From: Octopus sinensis
Taxonomy: Eukaryota
Direction: 5' to 3'
Length of the DNA stretch: 63,059 nucleotides
Assembly: GCF_006345805.1 (NCBI RefSeq)
Contig: NW_021832143.1
Coordinates: 1 to 63,059, forward strand
Shown in pieces: positions 14,753 through 27,592 of this stretch. Both the position numbers and the translations under genes were made by a program. The notes beneath the pieces were generated by a model. The model did no database searches and was not told where the DNA came from. It saw only the letters and a list, made by a program, of their open reading frames with translations. Positions within the stretch are counted from its first letter, which is position 1. Each line of letters opens with the position of its first letter.

Positions 14753-15090
14753 CAAAGTGGGACAAGAACGCAAAACATCCAGACAGGTGATAAAAAAAGT
14801 GACAACTAAACATCCAGATAGACGATACAAAGAAAACAGGGACGGGTCATTCGGAGTTTTCTTTCCTCGGTCGAATTCCACATTATCTTTGCAATTTTGG
14901 CTGCTTACACTAGAGATTCCTCCAATGTAGCCAGGCCCAAAGAAAAACTAAGCTAAGAGCATCAGATTCCTTGAAAGAAAGCAGCGAATGCATACGAAAA
15001 CAAAGACGGAAAAAAACGGAGAATGTTACATAAAAACAAATAACAGGACACAACAACGGGTGCCTTTCCACTAAGGACTAATTAAATAAA
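14751..15090. mobile_element. Unclassified interspersed repeat abutting (TA)n; related pieces at 23195-23360, 32485-32640 and 55585-55625
   Basis: Shared motifs caagaacgcaaaacatccagatagacgat and aacgggtcattcg(t/g)g..ttct(t/a)tcctc; every copy sits against a microsatellite. Confidence 0.6.
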
Positions 15091-15165
15091 GCTGGCGTGT
15101 GTGTGTGTGTATAGACGTGTGCGGGTATGTGACTATATAGGTGTGTGTGTGTGTGCATAAGGGTA

Positions 15166-15196
<31 letters not shown>

Positions 15197-15197
15197 T

Positions 15198-15260
<63 letters not shown>

Positions 15261-15279
15261 ATAGATGAACAGATAGATA

Positions 15280-15620
15280 AGTTTCTTTATTGGCCACACA
15301 GGGCTGCACACAGATGGGACAAGTTACAAGGTAGAGCTTTTCTTTTGGGGAATGAAAAAAACAAAAAAACAAAAGAAACAAAAAAAGGGGGGGTGTCGTA
15401 GGTTTTCGATCAAGAGGGATCGTAAAAGGGAAGAAAAGAACATAAAAAAAGAAATAAAAAGAGAGAAAAAAGAAAAAAGAAAAAGAAAAAAGAAAAGGAA
15501 AAGGAACAAAAGAAAAGAGAAATGAAAAAAGAAGAATAAAGGAAAAAAAACGATCAATAGGGATCGTGTATCACAGTGTTATGATATATGGTGTAAAGGG
15601 GAAAGCAAGTAAGGTTTATA
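15280..15620 (-). mobile_element. Probable non-LTR retroelement 3' UTR with (TATC)n tail
   Basis: Minus strand ends gtgtggccaataaagaaactt followed by (atct)n; pyrimidine-rich body; no ORF. Confidence 0.35.
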
Positions 15621-15631
15621 GATAGGCAGGC

Positions 15632-15709
<78 letters not shown>

Positions 15710-15711
<2 letters not shown>

Positions 15712-15860
15712 GTGTTTCTTTTAGTTTCCGTCTACGAAATCCGCTCATAATGCGTTATTCGGCCCCAGGCTATACAGGGAGACATGAGCACATCTTCACC
15801 CAAACGTGTCTCTGAGTGGAATTGAACTCAGAGCCATGTGGTTAGGAAATATCTTTCGTA
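15710..15860 (-). mobile_element. Old SINE family B (CORE-like) remnant
   Basis: tttccgtctacgaaatcc...gctata...gaactcagagccatgtggttagg resembles the reverse complement of 60876-61045. Confidence 0.6.
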
Positions 15861-15931
15861 TCACGCAATGGACGTCACCGTTTCAGAAACAAGAATTTCA
15901 GATGGAGATAGATAGATGGATAGATAGATAT

Positions 15932-15984
<53 letters not shown>

Positions 15985-16002
15985 AGGATGGATGGATGGA
16001 TG

Positions 16003-16081
<79 letters not shown>

Positions 16082-16889
16082 TGATGAATCTATCCGTCCA
16101 TCGATTTTTAACTCATAGAATTTCTAGCTATACACAGCTATACATACACGTATAGCTACGTACATACAGAGCATACTAACACACAATAGCTACACACGTA
16201 CACATATACATATAAACACATACACATACGCCCAATTTCATCTATTTAAATTAGGTAAAGAAAGTCTCAGAAAGTCACACAAAGCCACTCGAAGTCACAC
16301 ACAATAAAAATCGTTGTCTTTTGTTAAGAGCGACTAATAGATATAATTCCACCGTGACGGGAAATGGCGAAAGTGGTGTGATTTTAAAAGAATTGTTAAA
16401 ATTTGGAATCATTAGCTACCACCTTGTACCATTTCCGATTCATAGAATTTTGGATACCATTTTATTTTATTTTGTTGCTTTATCTGTATGGTTTTTTTTT
16501 TCGTGTCTTTGGAAAGCCAAGCTAAGAATCTTTGCATGAATTTCAAGAATTATTAGACAAGAGATCAAATGTCTTGCGATAGATAACGGCGTTTACGTGT
16601 GCTGGATGTTATTAAAGAAGAGGAAAGGAAAAAAAAAACCCATTATCTGTGGAATGTCTGGAGAATTAAGGAAAGAAAACCAAAAAGGGATGGCGGAGAC
16701 AGTGGCGAGGAGACTGTTTGTAGAAAGGTGAGTGAGAGAGAAGGAGAGACAGACGAAAAGTGAAAGAAAGAGTGGGAGAGAGAGGGGGAGAGGAATGAAG
16801 AGTAAAAATAAAATTAAAAGAAAGCAAAGATATTGACAATCGAGGGGGAAATGGCAACAAAGGCGGCGATGGTGAAGAGGAAGGGATGA

Positions 16890-17494
16890 CAATGATGATG
16901 ATGATGATGATGATGATGATAAGATGGAAGAGTATAGAGAAGAGAAAATGTATATTATGATGACAATGATGATGGTGGTGGTGATGATGATGATGATGAT
17001 GATGATGGTTGTAGTGGTGGTGGTGGTGGTGGTGGTGGTGGTGGTGGTGGTGGTGGTGGTGGTGGTGGTCATATTTGGAAGAGGTGTGCAGTAGGATGAC
17101 GAGTGTGGTGATGATGTATATAACGCTGATCATCATAATCGTCATCACTATCATCATCAATATAATCAACATCACGATCATTATCATCGTCGTCGTCGTT
17201 CTCCTCATCATCATCATCATCTTCATCATCAGCATTATCATTCACATCAACATTAGCACGTGCTTGCGCTTACAGTAGTTCCAATGGTAACAATAAGTAC
17301 ACAATTAGTCGCAAACGGTAGCCGTAATTAAGATATTATAATTAAAATATCCACCAGACACATAAAATTACACATCTTAACTACTACTAATGCCACTACT
17401 ACTACTACTACTACAACTACTACTACAACTACTGCTACTACAACTATTAATATTAATAATAATACTAACAACAACAAGAACAATGGTAATAATA

Positions 17495-17556
<62 letters not shown>
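16890..17556. repeat. (GAT)n, (GGT)n, (ATC)n, (ACT)n and (TAA)n microsatellite block
   Basis: Directly visible. Confidence 0.95.
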
Positions 17557-17557
<1 letters not shown>

Positions 17558-18162
17558 TATGCCACTGGCCCAGAAAGAATATAAGAGTCGTCATGACAAT
17601 TTAGCAAGGCTTGTCCATTGGACACTTTGCAACAAGTATGTGCTTGATAGAGCAAAAAAGTGGTGCGAATATAAACCCAAAGGCATTACCGAAAATGATA
17701 ATGTAAAGATCCTATGGGATTTTATGATTCAATGCGACCATGAAATAGAGAATAGGAAACCAGACATAGTCTTAATTGAGAAAGAAAACAATCTCTGCTT
17801 GTATAGCATGCCCAGATAACAACAAGGTATGCGATAAGGAAGAAAGACAAGTGGATAGATATGGCAAGTTAGCTCGTGAGTTTAAGCAGTTGTGATCGAT
17901 GAAAAAGGTAGCAGTAGTACCAATAATTGTCGGAGCCCTGGGAGTCGTGAGTAAAAATCTGGAGAAGTACGTGGAACAAATAGGGGCTGCAATAAGGTTA
18001 AAGCACTTGCAGAAAGCAGCACTGCTTGGAACTGCTTGAATACTCCGGATGGTGCTCGAAATATAAGGCGTGTTATCTTAGTTCACTGGTAGTGAACAGC
18101 TGACACTGTAATATATCTGTAGCATTAGAATTTGTACAAAGACAATAAAATATTAATAATAA
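17557..18162 (+). mobile_element. 5'-truncated R4/Dong-clade non-LTR retrotransposon (restriction-like endonuclease domain + 3' UTR)
   Basis: LAQKEYKSRHDNLARLVHW..KILWDFMIQCDHEIENRKPDIVLIEK, then after a frameshift PDNNKVCDKEERQVDRYGKLARE..VVPIIVGALG..LQKAALLGTA*ILRMVLEI*. RHD and PD-(D/E)xK RLE motifs; 3' UTR ends aataaaatattaataataa. Confidence 0.9.
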
Positions 18163-18617
18163 TTCTACTACAACTAACTTTGCTACTACCACTACTAATA
18201 CCACCTCTGCTACCACCAACATTAATACTTCTACCACTACTACTATTACGATCACCACCTACAGCGCTACTTCTACTACTACAAACATCACTATCACTAC
18301 TAATAATAACAGCATTACCTGTACACGTCCACTGTTACATACACCCCACCCAGCAACAAGGACGAAATCATAGCAGGAATAGAAATATCCGACGACGATA
18401 TTGCTACCACTTGTAGAGCCACCATTTCACACAGCAATTGTGTCAACCACCACACTACAACCATCCCCAGGATTAAGATCAGCCGTCACGTCACCAACTG
18501 TACCAATATCATCAACCGAGTCCCATGCGTACGGAAAAAGCCCTACTTTTCGTCCATCGAGGGCCCATATGCCCCAATATTAGACTATTTTCTGTAGTCA
18601 ATACACAGTGATCTCTA

Positions 18618-18835
18618 GGGCGGTGAGCTGGCCGAATCGTTATCACGCTGGGCGAAATGCTCAGCGGTATTTCATCTGCCGTTACGTTGTGAGTTCAAAT
18701 TCCATCGAGGTCGATTTTCCCTTTCATCCTTTCGCCGTCGATTATATAAGTACCATTTACTCACTGGTGTCGATGTAGTCAACTTAATCCCTTTGTCTGT
18801 CCTTGTTTGTCCCTTCTATGGGCAATAAAGAAATA
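18618..18835 (+). mobile_element. SINE family A (head + core + tail1)
   Basis: gggcggtgagctggccgaatcgttatcacgctgggcgaaatgctcagcggtatttc...gggcaataaagaaata. Confidence 0.9.
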
Positions 18836-20355
18836 ATTACACAGCGATCTCTTGGGTGCTTTGAGCTTATATAATATTACTATTGTCATGGCTATCACAG
18901 AGCAACAACAGCTTCCTCCACAGCGAAAGACATTATCCGAAAGGACAACAAAAACAACAGTGATTTAGAGTCTAAATTTGTTGTGATACATATTTGTATC
19001 ATAACAGCATCGCAACACCACCAATCAACCACAACCTCTCCAACCGGGGAACATGCAGCAGCAGTATGAACAACGAAAGCGTCAATCAAAACTGGCAACG
19101 CAAGTCACACCCTCAGGAACAGTTTGAACTTCTGCCGCCAGGATTACAAAAATGCACCCCACAAGCACTGCAAGTAACAGATAAATACACAGCGCCATCG
19201 TCAAAAATGTCAAAACTACCACAACCGTTCACAAATAACTCCAACATCAATAATGAACCCTACAACATTAGATTGCAGAAACTAATAAAACAGCAGCTAC
19301 AAAAAAACAACAACACACGGAACAATAGTAATAGCAACAACTGCAACAAAATTAACAACGAAAAGAGAAACAGCTGTTGCAAACAACGTCACAGCCGCCA
19401 CTTATAAAGGTAAGAACAGCGAGAATACTGCTGTGATAACATTAACATCAACAAGAACCCCAACAGTGACATGAGAAACAACAATAATAATAACTGCAGT
19501 CATCAACGCCGCCGATTGCAAGAATAATATAAACAGCAACAAGAAGAAGAACACCAGGGACCACAAGTAATAATAGCAATAACAATAACGTCAATAAATG
19601 TAACAAGAATAACGCTAAAGAGAACAGCAACGGCTGCAATGATTATCACTGCGCCTGCCATCTACACCAGCAGCGCCATCTACACCAGCAGCGCCATCTT
19701 CACCACCACCACAGATGCAAACAAGAACAACAACAGCAACAACAACAAGGAAAAACTACAGCAACAATGGCGGTTATGATAAAAAAAAAGGAGCCAGAAA
19801 ATCAAGAGAAGCGAGAAGAACAGCCATAGAAACATTGACGGCAGCAGCAAGCGAAATAAAGAATAATAAAAAAAAATACACCAACGACAGCAGCAATAAC
19901 AACAACAGCAACAACAAGGCAAAACTGCAGCAACAATAAAGAAAGGAGCCAGAAAATGAACAGCAGCGACACGAACAGCAACAGGAACATTGACGGCAGC
20001 AACAAGCGAAATAAACACGAGTAAAAGTGAAAAAGAAAATGGAGAACTATGATGCAATAGTAAGTAAAGCTATCGGTTATGTGAGATAACATTTCAACTA
20101 TGTTCGAACTGTTATCTCCTTCACAGCTTGCCTTTCAAATGTCATGACATGCTTGTCAGCTTCAATTAGACATGGCTGACTTTCAAATGTCAGCCGAGTG
20201 TTTGTTTTCTTTTTTCTTTTTTTTTTCCTTTATTTTTTTCATTTTGTATCTTTATTTACTTATCAGCTACGTCATCCAGGTTCGAATCAAGCAACAAATG
20301 TTCTATTGAGATTTAAAAAAGAAAATTCCATTTTCACTTTCTTTCTTTTTTTCCT

Positions 20356-20397
<42 letters not shown>

Positions 20398-21210
20398 TTT
20401 CTTTCTTACTTTCTTTCTTTCTTTTTTTCTCTTTTTTTTCTTTCTTGTTGATTTTACTGTAATCTCTATTTTCAAAATATAATTCCTACTGTTTTTCATT
20501 TAAAAAAAAAAAAAAATCTTTGTAAGGTTTCAGTTGTGTTGGATTGAAAATTTGCTTTAGAGATCACTATGGTTGTATGTTCGATCCCACGGCAAGGGTC
20601 TCTGGGGAAATTACATTTTTCATTTACAGGCAGGAACTAACTGATATCACGTGAGAGGTATGTGAGAAACAGAACCCCAATTGAAAACCGTGTTGCTCGT
20701 GTGAGTATCTGTGTGCACACATAGACATCACTTTCGTCTTCTTCTGATCGTCTTGTGTAGGGTAACAGGAGTTTTGCAGCGATTTAAGTTTCACGGCGAA
20801 ACTAAAACATTTCACGTTTCTTGTTTGAGGATAGGAAACATTTCATCCTATTTAATCTTGTTGAGGAAAATTTTCTACGCTCTTTTCCCTAGTTTATGTC
20901 GTTCAGTCGCTGACATAGGAGGTGCAGATAGCATTCGAGCATGCACAATAGCTTGCAGTATTTAGGAAAATAAATATGAACACGAGAGAAATGATAGTTC
21001 TTGTTTCCCACGGCTAGGTTAAGCACCTTTAGCAATGATGTTTTTGGTAGGTGCTTTGCCACTAACTACAAATAAATTGGCTAACTTGCTATGAGAGTCC
21101 TGAAGGATTTAGGAATATATACAATTTGACGTATCAAATGAGGTTATTTTATGGAGAAGGAATTAAACACTCACACATAAGTGCATCTCGTACGTATACA
21201 CGCACACACA

Positions 21211-21261
<51 letters not shown>

Positions 21262-21384
21262 TTGTGAGTCACACGAATCTAAATATACATTTTTATATAT
21301 ACTTAGATAATCAAACTCCGTACACACATATATGTGACCGTTCATATACACTCCTGCTACGCTTATTCTTTTATTTACACACAG

Positions 21385-21417
21385 TTATATACCCTGAAAT
21401 AAATGCCTTTCAACCAG
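21385..21417 (+). CDS. Candidate 33-nt phase-1/1 microexon (VIYPEINAFQP)
   Basis: Pyrimidine tract cttattcttttatttacacacag| and donor CAG|gtaggt; open and frame-preserving. No homology recognised, so it could be chance. Confidence 0.25.
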
Positions 21418-21984
21418 GTAGGTGATACGTGTAATTATCAACATTGGCTTGGGGGATTTATTGATGCGAATAGGCATCCTTATATAAACGGTAACGTGTA
21501 AATATCTAGAAAGAGTGAAAGATAGAATCAAGTGGAAAGATTATACAGAAGAAGTCGATGACATGACCGGGCTGGTTCAAAGGCGTTCGACTTTCCAGAG
21601 GCAAAGTATGACCCTTTAGCGGCTGGACGTTAGGAGGAAAATATCCTTTCTGATATCTGAGCAACTCCTCACATTTTCGATTTGTGTAGGATGTGTATTG
21701 ATTCTTTTGGTAAAAAGGCAACAGTTGACGTATAGTTTTCAACTCTTGAGCCATTTGTCAACATCCTGTAATTTTCTTTTCTGAATTGTTGTTAATCAGT
21801 CGATGTATGTGAATAATGATTAACAGTTTAAGAAATTTGTTTGAATTCCCATCGCAGCAAGCCTTATTCTCTGGTCTCCGAGTTGCTAAGCTGAGAAGGG
21901 TTCCGCAGACTAAACACTTCAGAATATCACGTTTCAGCTAAATAGTCAAACACCAACATTCCGTAAAAGTTATCTAAATTGCAT

Positions 21985-22830
21985 TGTCTAACACGTCTTC
22001 ATTTCGATAGTAAATATTGGTGATATTGACAGACAGCTTGTTGAAAAGCATTTATAAATTGAAAAGATCGAAATCTAGCGTTCAGTCACAACCTATATTT
22101 ATCTTAATAAACTCACCTAGCAAAGCGATAGAACTGATGAGCGAAATACTTATTGAGGAATATAAAAAGAATAGGAAAACTGAAATGGCGCTCACTTATT
22201 AGTAACAATTTTTCAACGTTTCAGAGACATTAAATATGAGACGAACAAGATTTCCACACTTTGCTTACATAGATATTTCCACTTCAATATTTTCACTCTT
22301 ACCAAATAAGGATTTCATATTCAGCAAAAGATTCATCGACATCGATAAAACAGACATTAAGATTGTTACGTATTCATATCCTCTTCGACGAGGAGCTAGT
22401 CTGGTTTAAAATTTCCTTGCCAGCAGATTTATTTGACATCGCAATTTTATGATTCTGTGATATCATCTGCATATGTGATTTAGTTGACATACTAAATTTA
22501 CACATTAGTTGACATACTATAACGGCATAAATCTAAAATTCCTTGTCTAAATAGAGGATTATGCCGAGACGATGGCTTAGACATATCACAGCAGAGCGAC
22601 AGTTATTCAGTTGATAATCTGAGAAAACAACATATAGATTTTTCAACAGTATAGAACATAGAAATTCGGTTAAGTAGCAGCTAGCTTATCTATGATTTAC
22701 TTTTGAGATGCAAACCTTGTTCTTGAATCCGATATCGAACAGACATTTCATAAATTAAATACCTATGCAAAACTGTGGTCCGCCAACCATCTGTTCAGGA
22801 ATCATTTCTCCGCATTTGGTTTTTACAACA
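21985..22830 (+). pseudogene. Heavily decayed Penelope-like element reverse transcriptase
   Basis: GLCRDDGL at 22556-22579 (GLYRDDGL-type RT motif), with collinear remnants ILINSPSKA (cf. CRLINPAKS), FAYIDIS (cf. FDI..FYPS), FSKRFIDIDKTDIKIV, LFDEELVWFK, F*DANL and PPTI; many frameshifts. Confidence 0.75.
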
Positions 22831-23136
22831 CGCGGGACATATGAGGAAATGAATTAAATGTGATACATCTCTCCATCACGAGCCAGCAAGGAGCTCAAGA
22901 CGACATAATGCTTAAGTAGTATCTTACCGAGTAAGGCTACCACACACACACACATATACACACATATATTCTTTTATCTTTTTAGTCATTTGACTGCTGC
23001 CATTCAGAGCACCGCCTTTACTCGAATAAATCTAACCCAGAACATATTCTTTGTAAGAATAGTGCTTATTGTGTCGGTCTCTCTCTCTTTCTCCCCCCTC
23101 TCTCTCTCTCTCTCACTCAATGTCTCTCTCTGTATA

Positions 23137-23196
<60 letters not shown>

Positions 23197-23492
23197 ATCG
23201 GAACAGAAACGCAATAGAGTACAATAAAACAGTCGGGCAGATAGACGATACAAGGGGGACAAGAAAAACAACAATTACAAGGACAGGCAAAAATAAAACG
23301 GGTCATTCGTGGCCTTCTATCCTCACTCAAAACCCAGAAGTCACGACTGTTTCGGGCAATTATATATATTTATATAAAGTATAAGAAAAGGAAAAATTGT
23401 AGGTGTAGACGATCTTTAATTCTTATCTAGATTGGTAGAGATCCATACATATATAATATATATATTTGCATATATATAATATATATATTTGC

Positions 23493-23524
<32 letters not shown>

Positions 23525-24452
23525 ATATATATATATAATATATATACAAGTATATAAATTCCTGGTCTTTACAGAGAAGATTTGAGGTTTGCAATACACA
23601 TGAATCCATACATCAAGCTGTCTCACAACCGATATTGACCAAAGGAAAAAACAATACTAAGGCTCATTCGAAATAGCTTTCTCTAATTAAAACTTCTATT
23701 GCAAATTCCCAGAACAAGCAGCTCAAAAATGTTTATACAACTCTTTTTACTAGTCTCTGAATCACCACAATCTATATGTTTTCAATTTAATCGATCGTCG
23801 TTGGATGAAGGAAAAAGAAATTGCCCGTGGCAGGATTTGAACTAAGAATAGACATAGATTGATCGGACACTGCAAATTATTTAGCCATAATCGCTAAATT
23901 ACTTACCAATCTTTTATATTGATCTTGTACTTTATTTAATCATCCCCGAAACAATGAAACGAAAAAGAAATAGCAGAAAGTATCAGAAGATATTTTGTCC
24001 AGTTTTTCAACAGTTCTACATATCCATAGCTATTTAGAGTCATCGTAGATCTAGAGACCAAATGAAATACAAAAATTATTTTCCATTCGCCACCTGACAA
24101 GGCTAGTAATTATTAAACAAACAAGTTTGATTATACCAATACAAAATCCACGCTTCTTTACCTCCCTCTCCTTCACTCCAAATTTTTTCCCTTCTTTCTT
24201 CTCCCTTGCATGGCAAACCCCACGAAATTATTTATATATTAAAAAAAAAACACGAATTCTAACTTAAAACAACTTTTCGATAAATCCGATAACGGAAGAA
24301 AGTTGAAAATGCAAATAAAATGTAAATAATAAAATATATATAATCATCCAACATTCTGACTACCTTATTATTCTAGAGATACGACATCTGTACACAAGTT
24401 CAAACACTCTCTCTCCCGCTCTCTCTCGCTCTCTCTCTCTCCCTCTCTCTCC

Positions 24453-24489
<37 letters not shown>

Positions 24490-25149
24490 GTCAAAACTCA
24501 TATAATTCCCCATTAATCTCATTATCTATTGAATTTCTTTGCATCTCTTTGAAGGTTCTTTCTGTCTTCTATGACAAATTGGATTGTACATATCAACACT
24601 AGAGATAAAGGTATGATTCTCTCTTAAGAAAATCTTTCATCCAATAGCGTTTATAAAAATAAGATCACCTGAGGAAAATACATCACTTCACCATAAAAAA
24701 AGAAAAAAACACAAGGCATTAAATGGGAGACAGTTTTCAAGTATCTGTAAGTGGCCAATACCTTCCATATTATTTCAATCTGCATCAAATTAAGCAAAAT
24801 CATGTAAGATTTGACAACAATATCTCGGCAGTCAGCAACTTGCTACTTTTGGCTACTTAATCAAAGGGTTGGTTACATATGTCATCTGCATTTGCTGCGG
24901 TTGCATTGTGCTACTCTATTCGAAACTTCAGCAGGGTAAAAAAATTACTAGTAATGCATTTTCATACTTTACTCATCTTTTCCAATACACACAATGAGGA
25001 ATACACCGAAATTGATTGATGTGATTTGGTGATTTGGATTGATGTGATATATACATAATACATATGTGCATATATAAGTACTTATGTATGAATATATATG
25101 AACATGGCTATGTGTGTGTTTGAATGTATTTGTGTATATGTATGGATAA

Positions 25150-25368
25150 ACGAGAGGGTATTGAAAACTCCTGGCTCTCGGTAAAAGAGTATATAGGAGG
25201 ATCAGTTAATTGTGATTTTATTCAATATATTCCACTCTATGTTACACACACATATTGCAGCGGTGCTCCAGTTTTTCGAAGCCTTGTAAATGAACTCGGA
25301 ATCGTGTACCTTAAACAATGCCTTTCATGATATCGTTACATCCAGAAAACTTTCAGCATCCACTTGTA
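25150..25368 (-). mobile_element. Internally deleted mariner (MITE-like, ~220 bp) with both TIRs
   Basis: Ends acgagagggtattgaaaactcctggc and ccagaaaactttcagcatccacttgTA are imperfect inverted repeats; the minus strand keeps GFEKLEHRCNMCV*HRVEYIE*, a mariner C-terminus. Confidence 0.75.
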
Positions 25369-25378
25369 TATATATATG

Positions 25379-25990
25379 TACACGCTGTTTGGTCTAAATT
25401 TGAGTGTTTGCAAAACAGGAAACGAAAACCCTAAATCCCAACAGCAATATATAAGTATTTCAAGAAATCAAGAAATGCAAACGATAGAATGGCTGTGAAT
25501 TAACACTTTATTCAAAGCAACCACCTTCTTGTTCCATCACGGCCTAAAAACGGTTCCAGAACTTGGTGCCTGCGTTTCTCATCCCGTTCCCAAGAAAATC
25601 ATCGAACAGAACGGTCGGTCCTGAACAGATGGTCGGTCCTTAAATGCATGGAACTGCATTAGTTTATGATGTGGCGTACACGTCCGGTGTAGTATTACCC
25701 AAATAAGTATTTGGAATTTGGCTATCTAGAATAATCTATCGCAGAATTATTATGTTCACACAGACCGAACTTCATACTACGTGAATATAGGTACACTATG
25801 AAACTGCCAGACATCGCGCTAACATAGTAACCAATGCGGTCGACCAACGCTGTCAACTTTATTTATTGAAATCCGTTATTCCACTTGAAGTTACGCTTGG
25901 TGTACAGGGTTCTCCCATGAGTGAATCGTTTGTTTTCGTTAAGGTATTATAAATTTTGCACGTATGTATATCAATAAATTTATGCATTGT
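25379..25990 (-). pseudogene. Decayed Tc1-like transposase 3' fragment
   Basis: Minus strand WVILHRTCTPHH.. and ..RF*AVMEQEGGCFE* parallel the C-terminus at 10490-10690; TIR-like tacacgctgtttggtctaaatt at 25379. Confidence 0.55.
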
Positions 25991-26580
25991 ATTTTCCTAA
26001 GTAAATTTCGTGTAACTCAAAGAATGACACCAAATCAAATAAAGTTAGAAATAAAAATATTGATATTTAAGTTGACGGCGTTGACAGTATTGTCGATAGT
26101 GTCGCTGGTTAGAGATAAATTCAAATAGAGAATGTCATTGAGAGAGCGAACTGAGAGAAAGGCTAAGAAAAATGTAGAAATTTGGAAAGTGAGGTTACGA
26201 ATGTCAGAAGATTTTATGGCTTAAGAGGCTGACAAAGAATGGGAATGAGATTAAACATACAAGAAAAAGAGAAAGCAGCAGAAAGTTTTGAGATTTAAAA
26301 ATGAACAGCGAATGAAAGAGGGATAATGTGAAGCCATGACAATGTCTCTGACGTCACTACGCCTTCATTTATCGCATTTACATACTTCAACGATCCACTC
26401 ACTTTGTTTCCAATTGTTTAAACTGTTTTCAATTGCCAACATGTTCTGTGTGTATTTATGTATATAATTTTATGTATATAGTTTTAGGTGTGTAACATTT
26501 GTACATATCTGCAAATAGGCGTACGCGCCTGTATGTGTGCAGTACTGCTTTCCGTTCGTGTGATTATGTATACAAAGGTA

Positions 26581-26775
26581 CAGTAATCCCTCGCAAATAT
26601 CGCGGTTCACCCATCGCGGTTTACCTATCGCGCTTCACCTATCGCGGTTCACCTATCGCGGTTTACCTATTGCGGTTTACCTATCGCGATTTACCTATCG
26701 CGGTTCACCTATCGCGGTTCACCTACCGCGGTTCACCTATCGCGATTCACCTATCGCGGTGTCACCTATGGCGAT
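26581..26775 (+). repeat. pogo/Tigger-like terminus (TA|CAGTAATCCCTCG) followed by a 14-bp minisatellite, ~13 copies (ctatcgcggttcac)
   Basis: Directly visible; units differ by single substitutions. Confidence 0.85.
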
Positions 26776-27219
26776 TTATTATTTAAGCTTGCGTCGATTC
26801 CTGCGTGGGTCTCTGAGCGAGAAGTAAATAGTAACAGTACTACAGAGTAAAATTTATTTGGTATATTCATGCATTTTTACCCGTAATTGGATTGCGGACT
26901 TGTTAGCAGATTGCCTTCAAGAGTATAGTAGAACTCATGCAGTAATAAATTATATTCAAGTCTCGTTCTTATTTTATCCGTACGCAGAAGTAAAACTGTT
27001 ATGTTACGCTACATCAACTCTATCGTTGATTTCGTGTACCATAAACGAAAGCGAACAATCTCAGTTATGCAAAACCAACCAGAAATACACACGCATAATC
27101 TTACACATACACATGATCATGCACACACACACACACAGGCATTTATCACGATGCTTTGAAATGATCCACGGATGGACACTACAATACTTGCAGGTTTTCC
27201 ATAATAACACACAACAATG

Positions 27220-27430
27220 TGGTGAGCAGGTGGAATTTTAATTACGCCGGGTAAAATGCTCAGAGGCATTTCGTCTGTTTATACGTCTGAGTTCAAATTT
27301 CACCGAATTTCACTTTGCCATTTTTAATTTCGAGGTCGATAAAATAGGTACTAGGTCGATGAAATAAGTATAGCTGAGTACTAGGATCTATGTAATCCAG
27401 TAGTTCCCAAACTATTTCAGGCTGCTGCCC
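27220..27430 (+). mobile_element. Diverged SINE family A monomer
   Basis: acgccgggtaaaatgctcagaggcatttcgtctg..gagttcaaatttc..gaggtcgataaaataggtact. Confidence 0.8.
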
Positions 27431-27547
27431 CCTTGACAACCAGGTTACATTGCTACAGCGCCCTCCACTTCCCCACCACAAGTTTAAAAATAGTAATTTT
27501 CTAATTTATAAATCAATGACTAGCGCCACCTCTAGCCGAACAATTAT

Positions 27548-27592
27548 TTTGTGCTGATGAAGAGAAATAACTCAGAAATCGCGATACACAGA
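27548..27592 (+). ncRNA. Minimal type-I hammerhead ribozyme motif
   Basis: Stem I tttgtg/cacaga; CUGAUGA 27554-27560; stem II gag-aaataa-ctc with an A.A mismatch at its base; GAAA 27575-27578; stem III U-CGCG-A (palindromic loop); UA cleavage site after 27586. Confidence 0.75.

Noticed and set aside
18994-19407. 137-aa N/Q/T-rich ORF next to a strong donor AAG|gtaaga
   Set aside because: Degenerate (AAC)-type low-complexity DNA; the donor-compatible frame is closed shortly upstream and has no convincing acceptor.
22135-22150. ctgatgagcgaaa hammerhead-like string
   Set aside because: No room for stem II, no stem I pairing, and it lies within the PLE RT coding relic.
23290-23360. GAAAC..GUC and CUGAGGA-like strings in the 14.8/23.3/32.5 kb repeat family
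   Set aside because: The boxes do not assemble into a consistent hammerhead with paired stems in any of the three copies.
24555-24935. Two possible plus-strand exons (FFLSSMTNWIVHINTRDK; hydrophobic LVTYVICICCGCIVLL)
   Set aside because: Weak aag acceptors, several alternative frames and no recognisable homology; cannot be told from chance.
26596-26775. CRISPR-like regular array
   Set aside because: Contiguous 14-bp tandem units with no spacers, in a eukaryotic context; no CRISPR array or cas gene anywhere in the window.
27519-27538. CTCF-like ctagaggtggcgcta (minus strand)
   Set aside because: Spacing does not fit the CCASYAGRKGGCRS consensus.
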